Shown piece after piece: positions 1 to 13,642 of a stretch of DNA of 64,000 bases. The DNA is from Lama glama. Taxonomy: Eukaryota. How positions within the stretch are numbered: position 1 is the stretch's first letter; every line of letters starts with the position of its first letter. Under the pieces are notes generated by a model that searched no databases, had not been told where the DNA came from, and saw only the letters and a list, made by a program, of their open reading frames with translations. Location of the stretch: assembly GCA_028534125.1 (NCBI GenBank), contig CM052818.1:28274001-28338000 (forward strand), read 5' to 3'. A program made the position numbers and the translations under genes.

Positions 1-771
1 CCTGCAATGTATCCCAGTGTTCTGTAATGAATGAGGGTGGAGGAGAGGGAAAATATGATATAGACATTCAAAGGGAAGTTGTGCTTGGTAAAGTCCTTTG
101 AAAGAGATGGTTTCAAGGTGACTACCCCTTCCTAGATAATTTGATGGGGCTGATGACTTCATTCTCTGATTTTGTTCCATCTAAGAAGCATAATATTATA
201 AGAAGTGATATGATTATTTAGAAAGATACTGATTTTTTTGGTGTGTTTGTTTAAAATCAAGTAAGCATGTTGAAAAGAAAGCAACTTCAGAGGCACTTCT
301 TTCATATCAGTATTTTACTGGTTTGAAGCCAATTTAATCCTTTAACTTTTCAAGTTTGATAACAAAATCGAAGTGGTCATTCCATGGAATCTACTCAGGA
401 AAATTTTTAAAAAAAGAAAAAAGAAAGAAAGGTTTTCACACAAGCCCTTAGTCTCTCTAACCAATTCAGTACTGTTACTCAGGAAACTTGTCCATGGCAC
501 ACAGCTTGTTGTGGGCTTTTGTTACTGAAAGTATGGTTTGAGGAATGACAGCACTGTCCTCCCCAGAAACTTTTAATGAATGCAAAATATTGCTCCATAC
601 CAGATCTACTGTATTCAAATCTGCATTTTAGGAGGATCTCCAGGCATGTTAAATGCTGTAGGTCATTAGGCAAAGAGCAAATGCTTTTAGACATCTATAT
701 CCAAGGAACTGCATTGGCTCAGAGCTTATATTAGTATTACAGTGAGAAACTGCCCCTGTAAAAACTCAGCA

Positions 772-1530
772 ACTCATTTACTCATCAAATAATCATTGGC
801 ACATACAATATATCATGGACTCTTTTATAAACTCAGGATAACATTGAGAAAAAGCACATAAAAATTACCACCCTATGGAGTTAATGTTCTAGAATAAGGA
901 AGACATTCAATAAACCAATAACCAAGTAAGATATGTCAGCTTGTATTAGAAGTCATGGATTTTTATAAGCGGCAGTGTAAGAGTGACAGTTATTTTAAAT
1001 GGGATGATCAGGGAAGGCATCAATAAGTTGACTTTTGAGCAGAGACTGAAGGAGGTGAAAGACAGAGCTATCCATTTATCTGTAGGAAGCATGTTCCAAG
1101 CAGAACACATAGCAAGTGCAAAAGGGCTGAGTCAGAGGCATTCTTGTCCTAAAGAACAGTCAGAAGGCTGATGTGGCTAAATGGTATCATCAAGAATAAG
1201 TTACAGGAGATGAGGTGGTCTGACAGGTAGTAGACCACCAGGTCACAGAACTTGGCTTTTACTCTGAACGAGAAAGTAAATCATTGAAGGGTTCTGAGCA
1301 AAAACATGACAAGATCTCACTCATATTTTAAAATATCCTTGTTATTCTCTTTTGAGGACAGAGAGTAGGTGGCAAAGGCAAAGAAGATCACTTAAAAGGT
1401 CATGGCAGTAATGCTGAGGAGAGCTAACTGCAGCTTACATGGGGATGGTAGTTCAACGAATCTTGAGGAAAGAGGAAAGAGGATTTGTAGAGCCTGTGGA
1501 GGAGGAGAGAAATAGAGGTTGATCTTGATG
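772..1530 (-). mobile_element. L2 LINE 3' fragment (ancient)
   Basis: Degenerate L2 antisense motifs: CTCATTTACTCATCAAATAATCATTG, GATCAGGGAAGGC...TTTGAGCAGAGACTGAAGGAGGTGA and TTGGCTTTTACTCTGA. Confidence 0.7.
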
Positions 1531-1778
1531 ATACCCTTTGAAAATGGGGCTACTTCAAAGTACTTCTGTTCATGTTTTAAATACTTAGTTTATTTTGGGG
1601 GGTTGTATTGAGAACTGCTATATTGTAACAAATGTTTTATTTTCTGAGTGATAGGAACAGACTTACTGAATTCTGAACATGAACGTAGTCCCTGATTGAA
1701 AAAAAAAATCAATGCCTTGAGGGTCTTTATCTTGGTTTATTAATGGTGTCCTCTCTCTTTTCCTCTACTTACTACCTA

Positions 1779-2188
1779 TGTCAGGTATCCTTTGCCACCA
1801 GGGTGTTCCATAACAAACTGCCCAAAATTCTGTTGCCTAAAATAATACCCATGTATTAATAAGAGTATGTGTGCCAGCAATTTACTCTGAGATCAAATGG
1901 GTGATTTTTTTCTGGTCTCTGCTGATCTCATATGGTTGCTGCTGGGCTGACTGGGCTGACTGACCCTTTGTCACTTGTTCCACATCATGCAGAAAGCTAA
2001 CATGGACAGGGTCTCACTGGTGATGGCCGAGGGCTTGAATGAGGAGCAAAATGCAAATGCTTTTTACAAGCCTCAGCATCATATATGCTAACATACCAGC
2101 AAAAAAGGCTACATGGCAGGGCCGATGGTCAGAGTGGAAGGACAAGGCTGCATTGCAACAGGGGCCATTCATGTAATCAATCTACCAT
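1779..2188 (-). mobile_element. MLT1-type (ERVL-MaLR) solo LTR
   Basis: TG...CA ends. CATAACAAACTGCCCAAAATTCTGTTGCCTAAAATAA at one end and GTAATCAATCTACCA at the other resemble MLT1 termini. Confidence 0.6.
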
Positions 2189-2330
2189 GATGCTACTATA
2201 GCTCTGACATGACAAATAGTACGTGTACTACAATGTCATCTTCAAAAAAAGAGTATCTTCGAGTCCACTGTCTCATCTCAAATATAAAACTCACATCAAT
2301 GGACAGGATAATATACCTATGTACAATATA

Positions 2331-2332
<2 letters not shown>

Positions 2333-2361
<29 letters not shown>

Positions 2362-2379
2362 CGCGCGCGCTTGTGTGTG
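2333..2379. repeat. (TG)n/(CG)n microsatellite
   Basis: A (TG) run followed by CACGCGCGCGC, seen directly. Confidence 0.95.
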
Positions 2380-3507
2380 GCATTCTCAGCATTTCCTTTT
2401 CCTTTAAATTTTATACAGCACTTTCATCTATTTGTAGCTGATCAATAAATGGGAAAAGATCTTTATTTTTTAGGGCTCTTGATATATTGTTGGAGTGAGA
2501 GGGGATCAAGATATAAACTGCCCTTTTCTGTTGAGAATCCCAATTAGAGCTGATGTGTCCCTAAAGAGAGATTCACATTCTAATAATGACTCTTCCTTTC
2601 TCTACACAATCAAAACTTGCATTCCCTCAAGACAACTATGCACACTTGTCCTTCAAACTTTCTGAATTTAATTCACAAGGTGGAATTAAACTGATGTAAT
2701 AGGTTAATCTTACAGCAAATAACCTGTAGCTATTGTGTCATGATAGAATTTTGACAGAGGTATTTTGAAGTGAGAGGATTTCTTTACTGCTTGAGAAATG
2801 ATCCCAGACCCAGAGGTTTCTTATTTATTGAAATAAGTATATTTGTGATCGAGCTCAAAGGAGGCTACCTTTTCACTCCCTTAGTCTGGTTTTCAAAATC
2901 AGTTCCCTTAAAGCATTTCAAAGTGCTACCAGTGAAACTAAACAGTTCATTGATCTTTAGACACTCACTCCAGTCACAGAAGGGATCAAAAGCATCATTA
3001 ATTTATTTGATATAGAATAGATGCCTTAAATTTCTGTTTGTGATGGCCTCATTTTGGAAGTGTGGGAAAGAGAGGGAGGGTAAATTTGTATATGGGATAT
3101 TTTCTACTATATATTTTAATCAGTTTGCTTTGGAAAAAATAACTAAGCATTGTACTGAATATGTTTAGTTTATCTGCTGTGAATTTTTTTTTTATGACAA
3201 TGTAGAAAATAAAATTCGAAACAAAGTTTTACCAGTCAGGTGAAGTGGGCTTGATATTGCTTCTGTCACTTGGTATTACTATACCTGGCTTCTGAAGCAA
3301 TGCAAAGCAATTGGGTCAATAATTCAATTTCCCAATTCTTTGATTATATATGAGTATATGATACTTATTATACATTATATAGTGGGTAGAAAGACCATAG
3401 AAAACAAGCCCCCTTCTTACATAAGATTCTGTAGGGAAAGAAACTCATGAGGCCAAGATTCTGCCCAGATAAGTAGGAACTGCGGCTCAGGGAGTATCAT
3501 AAATAAA

Positions 3508-4212
3508 TACATGCACCCCAATGTTCACAGCAGCACTATTTACAACAGCCAAGACATGGAAGCAACCTAAATGTCCACTGACAGATGAAAGAAGATGTGG
3601 TGTATATATATACACATATATAATGGAATATCACTCAGCCATAAAAAAGAATTAAATAATGCCATTTGCAGCAACATGGATGGACCTAGAGATTATCATA
3701 CTACATAAGTAAGCCAAAGAAAGGCAAATATCATATGATATCACTTATCTGTGGAATATTTAAAAAATGATACAGATGAACTTATTTACAAAACAGAAAC
3801 ACACTCACAGACATAGAAATCAAACATATGGTTACCAAAGGGGAAATGGGTAGGGAAAATGAGGAGTTTGGGATTAGCAGAAACAAACTACTACATATAA
3901 AATAAATAAACGAGGTCCTAGGGGGAGGATATAGCTCAGTGGTAGAGTGCATGCCTAGTGTGCATGAGGTCCTAGGTTCAATCCCTAGCACCTCCATAAT
4001 AAATAAATAAATTAACTAAATAGATAAACCTAATTACCTTCCTGCAAAAAGTCAACAACAAGGTCCTACTGTATAGCACAGTGAACTATATTCAATAGCT
4101 TGTAATGACCTATTATGAAAAATAATATATATTTGTACAACTGAATCACTATGCTGTACACCAAAAACTAACACAACATTGTAAATCAACTATGCTTCAA
4201 TAAAAAAAAGAA
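3508..4212 (+). mobile_element. 5'-truncated L1 3' end (ORF2 terminus, 3' UTR, A tail), interrupted by a SINE
   Basis: TGCACCCCAATGTTCACAGCAGCACTATTTACAA...ATGGACCTAGAGATTATCATACT...ACAACATTGTAAATCAACTATGCTTCAATAAAAAAAA. Confidence 0.92.
3921..4056 (+). mobile_element. tRNA-Ala-derived SINE (camelid vic-1-like)
   Basis: tRNA-like head at 3921-3996 with A box TAGCTCAGTGG and B box GGTTCAATCCC, then an AT-rich tail. The 12-nt TSD is AACGAGGTCCTA (3909-3920) and AACAAGGTCCTA (4057-4068). Confidence 0.88.
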
Positions 4213-6829
4213 AGAAATATATACTGAGTCCAGATCAGGAGATGGAAACTTGAGATGCACGGTTGCTTGATTAGGTGCTACTGTGAAACTTAATTAGATT
4301 CTCATGACCTCCTCTGAAGGGAAATAAAAAAGGCAGCTGTACAAAAGACACCAAGAGCAAGGAATTTTATTATGGCTCTGAAGAGGTTACACCCATCACT
4401 TCTATCATCAACCGCATCCCTTTGGAAGATTAGCACTTGAGTTGTAAGTGTACATTGCCTTGGTGCCCCCAATCCAGAGACTAGATGGGGGATAAGAATC
4501 CCTCCCACCCTTTTCTTATATAGATGCCACACCCAATGTATAGGTCTATTTGTGTTTGTAACTGTCCATATTATATGATCTCACTTTTAGACAAACTGAG
4601 AAGAAAGTTTGAAAGTTATATTCTCATGCTGTCAGTGTTCTAGCAACTCAAGAACCATTTGAAATCATTCCTGATTTATGCTACTCTAATCATTGCAAAA
4701 AGCTTGCCATATCCTCTGGACCCTATTTTTTTTTATATATATAAACGGATGTAGTTTTTTTGTGTTATAAAATATTTTGAGAGCTTATTATGTGTTTTTG
4801 TTTAAAAGCTTTAAAGCAGCAGACCATCTTGCACAGTAATGTGATGAGGCATAATCCAAATAAAAATAAAAAAAATTTTAAGGCATTCTTGTTATTGTAG
4901 CAATTGTGTTTTAAAATGTGACTATATCTGTAAGCTTTGAATACCATGCTGCATGCAAGATCAGAATTAATAAATGTTAAAAAGTATAGTAAGATGATCT
5001 AAGCAGTCTTTAAAGTGTGTCCAGGAAGAGGCTGACCTAATTTCAGAAAAGTATGCATGTCTGAAACCAGTTCCTGTAATGGATTTGCTTGTTGCCTCAT
5101 TTGGTACAGTTGTGAAAGTATCGGAATTCACCTTGCCTCTTTCTGAAAGGAAGATCTATTATATGCTTTTTATTTACTACATATAATTTTATACCAGAAT
5201 TTATAAGATAAGACTTAAAAAATGGATTTGAATATCTTGGTAAGCCCGGGAGAGCTATGTTCAGAGCATTATTATTATTAAAATACTTAAATAAGAAGTT
5301 ACCATGGTATTTAAAATCAATATCACTTTTTTTACCCACTGCTTGCTAGGTCATATCAAGCAAGTTTATCATTCACAGTTGGAATTGCTCCAGCTATGAA
5401 CTCTCCAGTCGAGTTGTTGTTTGCTTCAAGCCCTTCAGGAAGTTACCTCTCTACTCCAGTGTTAAAATCATTTTCCTGGCAATTATTCAAGCAGATTTTT
5501 TTTTAGAAGAAAATATTCTTTTTATCAAAGGGCTAACTCCTGCTGTTTTAACAAATATTACTTCTTTCCACTTAATGCTGTGAGGGGAAGATTACTGTAA
5601 ACAGAAGCTGTTTTCATCTATATAAAATAATTTATAAACTCATGACTTATTTCTTGGGAAACACTGGAAAGCAGCAGTGCATCTGTCATGTAAAGATGAT
5701 GAAATAAAGCATTATTGAAATAAAGACTGTTGCCTCCCAGACCTTAATGGATGCGGCTGACACAGCTCTAGTTTTAAAACATTGATCTATTTTTAATTTT
5801 TAAATACTTTGTCGAAACTAAGGCAGGGATCAGAAAAGGCACACAACCAGCCAGAAATTCATACAAATCCTATTTTAATGTTCAAGAAACTGAATGCTAT
5901 TATGCATTTTAAAAGCATGTGTTTTTTTTCAAGTTTCATAGAAAATTATTTTTTTCCAATGTATTAGTCTTGGTAGTATCAAAGTCTCATTTTCAAAAAA
6001 AATACAGCTGAATTACAGAGTAAAACTGTTCATTTAAGATGCCAGTTATTTTTATTATAATGGCATTTTTATTCATTGATGAAGTATTGCAGGGTGTGAC
6101 TAAATTTATGGCCTTCAATTATGATGTGCTACTTGAGTCAAAATTTTCCTAGTGTTCCTTGTCAGGAATTCAGATTCCATCACAGCTCTACAGAAAGCTA
6201 GGAGATCTCTCTAAAATGATAATATTTATTTACCAGTGTAAATCTTGGGAGGCTCCTCTTGGCTTGTCTGTTAGGGCTTGTCATAGGATCTATCAGAACA
6301 CATTGGCAAGTGAAGAGAAATCTTCAAAATGAGTAGTTACTTGCCAACAAAAGTATCAGTTTGCTATAAAATTCTCAGAACTTGTCCTGTGACTCATAGA
6401 TCAGGAAGTGCCTGAAACTTCCTCATCTGCTTCAAGATATATCAGACACATTGAATCCACTAGGACATAGAGGACCAGTTAGTATACTCAACCTTACCAG
6501 TGAGCCTGGACCTTGTAGAGAGCCTGTTGTTCTGTTGCCCACCCAGACCTAGAAGCCTTTTGGACCACTGGGTAAATGAGTCAGAGACATATGTCTCAAA
6601 TGTGGAATGTATTCCCAATACAGTACAGAGAGGTCCAGCTAGCATTTCACTTCTCCATGTTAAAACGTGTTGTAGTAAGACCTTCATTGCAGAAGGTATA
6701 ACCCAGTATATCAGACTTTGTTAAATTGGCAAGATTTTAGAGGTTCATGGGAAATTACCCACTCTGATATATGCATTTTGCCAAAGTCTCTGGCTAGGCA
6801 GCTCTCACTCTTAAATGCTAAACTTAGAT

Positions 6830-7375
6830 TTGCCATACGACCTCACAGTTTAAACTCTAAGATATGCACACAAGAGAAATAAGCATATAGGCATGCACAA
6901 AAGATTCGTGGGCTATTGTTCATAGCAGCATTATTCACAACAGCTCAAATGTTAGAAAAACCCAAATGCCCATCAATGTGAATGGAAAAAATATGGTATA
7001 TGTCCTAGAGTATTATTTAGCAATAAGAAGTAATGAAGTACAGATACATGCTACAGCATGGTTGAACCTTGACTATATTATGGTAAATGAAAGAAACCAG
7101 TCATAAAACACCATATATTTCATGATTCTACTATACGACATGATCCAAAAAGGCCAAACAATGGAGAGAGAAAGTAATTAGTGATTGCCTGGGGGAACTG
7201 AGGATATAAACAAGGAGTGATAGAAATGACCAAGGGGTTTCTTTGTGGGGTGATAAAAATGTTCTAAAAGTTTGTAATGATGGCTACACACACTGAAAAT
7301 TATTCAATTATAGACCTAAAATGAGTGAGTTTTGTAGCATGTAACTTAAATCTCAACCAATCTATTTTTTAAAAA
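6830..7375 (+). mobile_element. Old L1 (L1MB/ME-like) 3' end
   Basis: TGTTCATAGCAGCATTATTCACAA...CCCAAATGCCCATCAA...GGTTTCTTTGTGGGGTGATAAAAATGTTCTAAA. Confidence 0.8.
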
Positions 7376-7539
7376 CCCATCCTATAAGGTAATTTCAGAA
7401 AAGTCTTGTTAATCAAGGAGTAAAAGCAATCTTCATTTTACAGTCATGAAGCACACTAGAACAGGAAGTCCCTACTCCCTAGTTAGTTGCATCCCTTAGT
7501 GTCTAGCCAAGATTGGTTAAATATATTCTCAGAAATCAT

Positions 7540-7930
7540 TCTGTGTATTAAAACCAGATGGACTTTAAATCAATACATTTTATACAGGTGAAAGCAGAGT
7601 TGAAAAATCAGAAGGGAGAATGAGGCAACCCAGAGATGAGCAGAAAGCCAATTTTAATTCTCTTATTTAATTCTCTGACAAGTGGAGGATGCAATTACTG
7701 GGATCTGGAGCCTTGAGGGATCTACAGTCATTGCTGGAGGAGCAACGAGAGGCAGAGTTAGAAAGAATTTCCCTGGTTTCTCTTTTCCTATCATCCTATT
7801 TTCCTCTAGTGTCTCCTACTGGCTAGACTGGGATGGGAACCAGTATCCACAGAGCTTATTATCTTCTTTGCTACACATGGTGGAACAAAGAAAAAGGTTA
7901 AAAATGGATCCAGGACAAACATGCCCAGAA
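7540..7930. mobile_element. Probable ancient LTR fragment (ERVL/MaLR class)
   Basis: GAGGCAACCCAGAGATGAGCAGAAAGCC and CCTAGTGTCTCCTACTGGCTAGA resemble old LTR motifs. The subfamily is not resolved. Confidence 0.4.
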
Positions 7931-10900
7931 CCAAAACATGGGTATTTAAGTTGTTTTACCATTTATGTCCAACTTAACTTTTTGCCCACATCGCTTTTCA
8001 TAACACTAAGTGCTCCCTGGGCTTTGCTTGTTAACAGACACCTCTCTCGCACTAGCTTTAAGCCTGTCTCAGATCTGGCATCACACATCAAGGCTTCACT
8101 TACTGCATTCACATCCAGTGATTACCTTCTCCTATAAAACCACTGCAGAAAGCATGTACTGTATCAGCTAACTTACAAAGGAAAATCACTGTTAGTTTTT
8201 AAATGGTCTTATGTTTAATCTTCCCAGTTTGATTGTAAGCATCATAAAGATAAGACTTTTACTATAGATATTAATATCCAGGATAGCTAACAAATATAAT
8301 GTCCAGAAAATAATGCGGTTTTTTAAACTGTTGTTAGAAAATGATGTATTGTTTGTTTTCCAGAGTACGTCAGGCTGAAATTAAAAAGTGACTTTTAACA
8401 CACTATGGCAAATTAATATTCATAGGGTTTTGTGTGTCTGTGTGTACGCGTGTGCCTCCATTTGTTAATTTTATTGTGAAGCTACGCCCGAGACTTGGCA
8501 AGCTTCATTTCCTATTGTACTAATATCATAAAGGTATAAAGCACTGCCCAAAGCTAACATGTTTTCCTCCTTACCATTTCATTCACTTTACTCAATGAGT
8601 AAAGTTAATCAGGGGGCACAAGAAGTTCTCTGAAGGAACCTGTAATGTAGGATAGTATGACCTGTATAAAAAGCCATTAGAAGCAACAATGCAACTTAAT
8701 ATCCAGGGAAGGAGTATTGGAACAAATTCCTAAGAGTCCTGAGAATGGAGAGTGGTAATTACATTCACAGAGATACAGGAGTTGATAGATTACACCCATG
8801 ATCTACCCAGTACAATATTCACTTGTTAACAGGATTTCTAAAAGGAAAGAAGGAGGCCTTAGTAGTTAGGATACTTCATTTTCCCTTAGTAGCTTTTCCT
8901 GGCTCTGCCTTTTCTAAATTAGCTCAAATGTTTCTGGAATCCATTTTATTTCCTCTACAAAGCAAAACAAATAAATACACTGAACAGATTCTGGGTTGTC
9001 AGATTCAAAAGATGCCAGTATCACTTCTTAGATGGCTAGATCATCTACTCACTGTTTCCATTTGTCATTTTTATAATAGGAGCTATTTGTAAATCAAACG
9101 AATTCATTACTCTTTTCCTTTCAGTTTTATGCTTATTTTGTTTTGAGGAGCCAGCTTGTAATTTGAGCAGCAGCCATGAGTTAAATAATGGAAAACATTA
9201 CGCTGAAGATAGAAGTGTTAGTCAAGTTTCAGTCTAAGTATTTACTGAGTATTTTAAAAGGATGATAAACTCTGGCTTAGAAGAAAGTTTTCAAGGGTTG
9301 TATATACCAATTTCTTGACTTACACTGTTAGTAATGTGAAAAATAAGTATTATACTGGGAAATACAATGAAAATGACCAGTTGTGAGAGGAAATCAAGCA
9401 TATATACGTAGCCAAGCAAAGAGAGGAAAAAATAGTCAAACCAATTAGTCCAGTTGGCTAATGGTCTTTTTAATGAGTAATCTGGACAGCTGCATTGTTA
9501 TCTTGGGGGGCATACTCTGATACAGACTGAATCGAACTTCCTCAATTATCCTGAGTTCTTGCTACAGTTTACTCTGGATGATTGTGGCCTTAGTATCATA
9601 CACCTAACTCTGGTTTTATAACCAGTTTTTGTTTTTTTTAAATAACCAGTTGTTTATCAGTAATAGCTTGTTGGAATTGTATCTAAAAGTTAACATTACA
9701 TCCATGCATGCTATATTTGCCTAAGTATCGACTAGTTGGGCTAAAGCCTCTTTAAGGTATATATCCTTATCATTTAAAGATGATCTGTGTAACTTACTTA
9801 CTTTGAACAATTGAGATGGTTTAGTCTACATAAAGGAATAATTTATTAGTTGAATGATTGAAGTAATTGTTCATATCATTTTAGGTTTTAAGAATATTCA
9901 ATCTCATTATGTGATGTGAATATAGTTATCTGCAATTACAAACAGAACTAGGGTAAAAATGAAATTTACACCTCTGAGAACTTTCAAATCTTCTACTTGA
10001 GTTTCAATATTGAAGCTTCTCAAAATTAATAAGAATATATTAGAATATAATTATGTAGCAATCTTTTATCCAGAAAGTTCAAATTCATATATTGCCTCTT
10101 TGCAGAGTATAGAGATTGGTTAGGTAAGAGAACTGCGATTTAACTAGGAGTACTATATTCTCATTCACTTATTCAAATTAATGTAATTATTATCTAATTA
10201 ATTAGCTAGAAACATGACTTGTTCTATTATTCATTTAATGTGAAAATTCTTCCCAGAAAATTCTTGCCAGAAATAACTCTAAGTGAAAATCTGATCTAAA
10301 GACTATAAAAATAAATAATAGCTACCAATGAAACAGTAGTAACTTACTTTAGAAATAATTTTGGTTAAGCAAAGTAAGGAAGGGAATAGGTAAATTCTAT
10401 CATCAATTAATTATTTAAAGGAAGGTTATTTTGATTACAGGAAGCAGAAAGGGGTATGTAGCACTCTGTTTATCTTTACAGAAATCATTGAATTAACTTG
10501 TCCATGTTGAGAGGTTACAGCTTACAAATTAAAATTATCAGAGTAGTAGATTATACCTTTAACTATTATTACTATATAGCAACAGGACAAGAAAAGAAAA
10601 AAAATACACTTATCAATTAAAAACTAAAATAATATGAGGACATCTACCAATCATTAAGTATTCATTAAACTCTGCATTAAGTGTTTCAACAAAAAGAAAG
10701 AAGTAAAAGACATAGCATTGTGTATTTTAATTCTATAGCAAAACTGCAGATATTAATTGTATTAGAAATTTTCTCCCAATTTATAATAAGTTCCAGAAAA
10801 TATTGTATTAAATCATTATTACAAAATTGTGGAAAGAATTGGTTATTTCATATAACACAAAAGCTACTGTAACTTACAAACAGCAAAAAGAATGAGTTTG

Positions 10901-11244
10901 AAATACGATCATCAGCCTGTTTTTCATGATTTATCAAAAGGTACATGATAACTCTAATTTATAATGGGAAAGAGTGACAGTTCTTTCCCCTTGTATCCAA
11001 ATCCTTGCTTAATTAAAAAACTTAGTATATGATCCATGGACTTAGGTATGCCATATTTTGTAAGGCACATAAATTATATACTAAAACAGATCTTTTCTGT
11101 TCCTATGAGTTAGATGAGAATTTGAGCTGAAAACTCTTTAAATCTCAAATAAAAATCTTTTTTAAAATAAAAAATGGCAGAAGAATTTAAACAGTTGACA
11201 CGAAATTAGTTCCAGAATAAAAATTGGCAATTAATATGAATAAA

Positions 11245-11650
11245 GTTGCTATACACAATTGTATAAAGCATTTTGTATGAACACGTCTCTGTCCAAGAGT
11301 GGAACTGCTGTGCAGGGTGTGAATAATATGCTAACTCTAAAGAAACTTCTCGAAAGTGACTGTACCTGTTTGCATTGCCACCAGTCTTATATAAGAAACT
11401 CAGTTGCTGCGCATCTTCACAATAATGTTGGCTTATATTTTTCTAAGCCATTCTAATTGCTGTTTAATGCTGTCTCTTTGTGCTTTTCATTTCCCTAACG
11501 ACTAACGATGTCAACCATCTTTTTCATGTGGTTATTTGCTATTAGTCTCGCTTCCTTAGGGAAATATTTGTACAAATACTTTGCCTTTTTAAAAAAGAAT
11601 GAGTTATTCCTATTCTTAGTGAGTTATTTGAAATGTTCTGGGTATAATAG
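11245..11650 (-). mobile_element. Old L1 ORF2 3' fragment
   Basis: Antisense L1 motifs: TGTACCTGTTTGCATTGCCACCAG and TTTCATTTCCCTAACGACTAACGATGTCAACCATCTTTTTCATGTG. Confidence 0.7.
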
Positions 11651-11779
11651 CCATTATTTGTAATAACTTTAAAAGGAGTATGATCTATAAAAATACTGAC
11701 TTACTATGTTGCATACCTAAAAATAATATAATATTGTAAATCAACTATATTTCACTTAAAAAGGAAGCAAATTAATTTT

Positions 11780-12640
11780 CTAGAGTTGAAAACTACTATA
11801 TCTGACCTGGAAATTCACAGGATGGAAATAATGACCATTTGCATATAGTAATCACACCAACACACACCATAACTAAATCTCTGCAAATGAGTGTTAAAGA
11901 GAAAAAAGTATCTAAGAGAAAAGGATATTTTGTAAGAAGTAATGCAGATATATCATTAAAAATATGCAAGCCAGAAAAAAAGTTGAGCAATATTTTTAAA
12001 ACACTGAAAGAATTAAGTTAGAATCTAATATCATGTGCAAATGTCTTTTAGAAAGAAAGATGCAGTAAAATTTCAGACAAACAGAAGCTAACTCATTACT
12101 AGAAATATTAAAGGAAGTTCTTCAAGCAGATAGGAATAATAACAGATGAGAACTTGGAACTATATAAAAAATGGAGAATGCAGGAAAAATAAGTACTTAA
12201 ATAAATGTAAGACTTTTTCACTTTTTAAAATTGTATTAAAAAGTTAATTTTTTTAAACAAAGTAATAGCAATGCATTATGCTACATTTAACATATGTAGA
12301 AGTTAAATATATACAGTGGTACAAAAAATGCAAGCGGGCAAAGGAATCACGTTTATTGTAGGGTTTGCCAATACAAGTGGTGTGATGCAATATCATTTGA
12401 CAGAAGAAACAAACCTAGGAACAACTCCTAAAAATAGAGCAAAAATGTATAACTAATAGTAAAATTAAATAGAACGGTTTAAAAAGTCCTTACTCAATCC
12501 AGAAGAAGAAATTAGGAAATAAAGGAACAATAAAAAGACTGGACAGATATAAGATACATACCAAAACAGTAGATTTAAATCCAAAAATTACCAATAGTAA
12601 CACTAAATGTAAATGTTTCAAATACTCCAAATAAAAAATG
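11780..12640 (+). mobile_element. Old L1M ORF1 end, inter-ORF region and ORF2 start
   Basis: AAATTTCAGACAAACAGAAGCTAA...TTAAAGGAAGTTCTTCAAGCAGA, ending with an ORF2-start-like AATAGTAACACTAAATGTAAATGTTTCAAATACTCCAAATAAAA. Confidence 0.7.
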
Positions 12641-12646
12641 GAGCAT

Positions 12647-13142
12647 GGGAGGAAGAGGCAAGATGGTGGAGTAGAAGGATGCTTGTAAGTCACCCTCTCC
12701 CACAAACACACCAAGATCCACATCTACAGACTCACTCAGCCAACCAGAGCACCTGCGGAACTCCAACAGAACATCACCCTCTTCAAAAGATAAAGACGCC
12801 AAAATTCTGGTAGGAGAAAACGAAAAAAGAAAGAACAAAAGGCAAAGCAGCGCGGGACGGGTCCCGCGGGGAGGGAGCAGCAAAGGAGGACTGGCACTCG
12901 CTCGCTGGGTCTCCCCTCTCCAACTGAGAGGCCAGCGGAACGGAGGGGGAGCCTCCGAGGCTCGGATCTGTACAGAGCAGCCCTTGTCGGACAGAACTAA
13001 GTTAAACGGGCACAGAGCGTCCCCCCGACACCCAGCCTGAGACGCGGGCCGGCAGCGGCGGGCAGGGCCAGGCTGCACAAGCCGGGCGGAGGACGGGGGC
13101 GGCTGCACGGAGGCAGCCCCGGGGGACTGCAAGGGGCTGGGC
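12647..13142 (+). mobile_element. 5' UTR of a young L1, running into the assembly gap
   Basis: Starts GGGAGGAAGAGGCAAGATGGTGGAGTAG after an A-rich target (AAAAAATGGAGCAT). It is GC/CpG-rich and interrupts an older L1 at the start of that element's ORF2. Confidence 0.85.
12659..12668 (+). promoter_or_regulatory. YY1-type motif of the L1 internal promoter (CAAGATGGTG, probably a CpG-decayed CAAGATGGCG)
   Basis: Lies ~12 nt inside the L1 5' end, the canonical position of the L1 YY1 site. Confidence 0.6.
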
Positions 13143-13642
13143 NNNNNNNNNNNNNNNNNNNNNNNNNNNNNNNNNNNNNNNNNNNNNNNNNNNNNNNNNN
13201 NNNNNNNNNNNNNNNNNNNNNNNNNNNNNNNNNNNNNNNNNNNNNNNNNNNNNNNNNNNNNNNNNNNNNNNNNNNNNNNNNNNNNNNNNNNNNNNNNNNN
13301 NNNNNNNNNNNNNNNNNNNNNNNNNNNNNNNNNNNNNNNNNNNNNNNNNNNNNNNNNNNNNNNNNNNNNNNNNNNNNNNNNNNNNNNNNNNNNNNNNNNN
13401 NNNNNNNNNNNNNNNNNNNNNNNNNNNNNNNNNNNNNNNNNNNNNNNNNNNNNNNNNNNNNNNNNNNNNNNNNNNNNNNNNNNNNNNNNNNNNNNNNNNN
13501 NNNNNNNNNNNNNNNNNNNNNNNNNNNNNNNNNNNNNNNNNNNNNNNNNNNNNNNNNNNNNNNNNNNNNNNNNNNNNNNNNNNNNNNNNNNNNNNNNNNN
13601 NNNNNNNNNNNNNNNNNNNNNNNNNNNNNNNNNNNNNNNNNN
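13143..13642. other. Assembly gap (500 N)
   Basis: Run of N; the round size suggests a placeholder. Confidence 0.99.

Noticed and set aside
3921..3996. Possible tRNA-Ala gene
   Set aside because: It has a degenerate anticodon loop and stems, a SINE tail and a TSD, and it sits inside an L1. It is a SINE head.
5035..5475. Exon-like minus-strand segments (RGKVNSDTFTTV..., PEGLEANNNSTGEF...)
   Set aside because: No recognisable protein, weak donor sites, and in-frame stops in the second segment.
7682..8137. 151-aa ORF
   Set aside because: GTG start, overlaps a probable LTR remnant, and has no recognisable domain.
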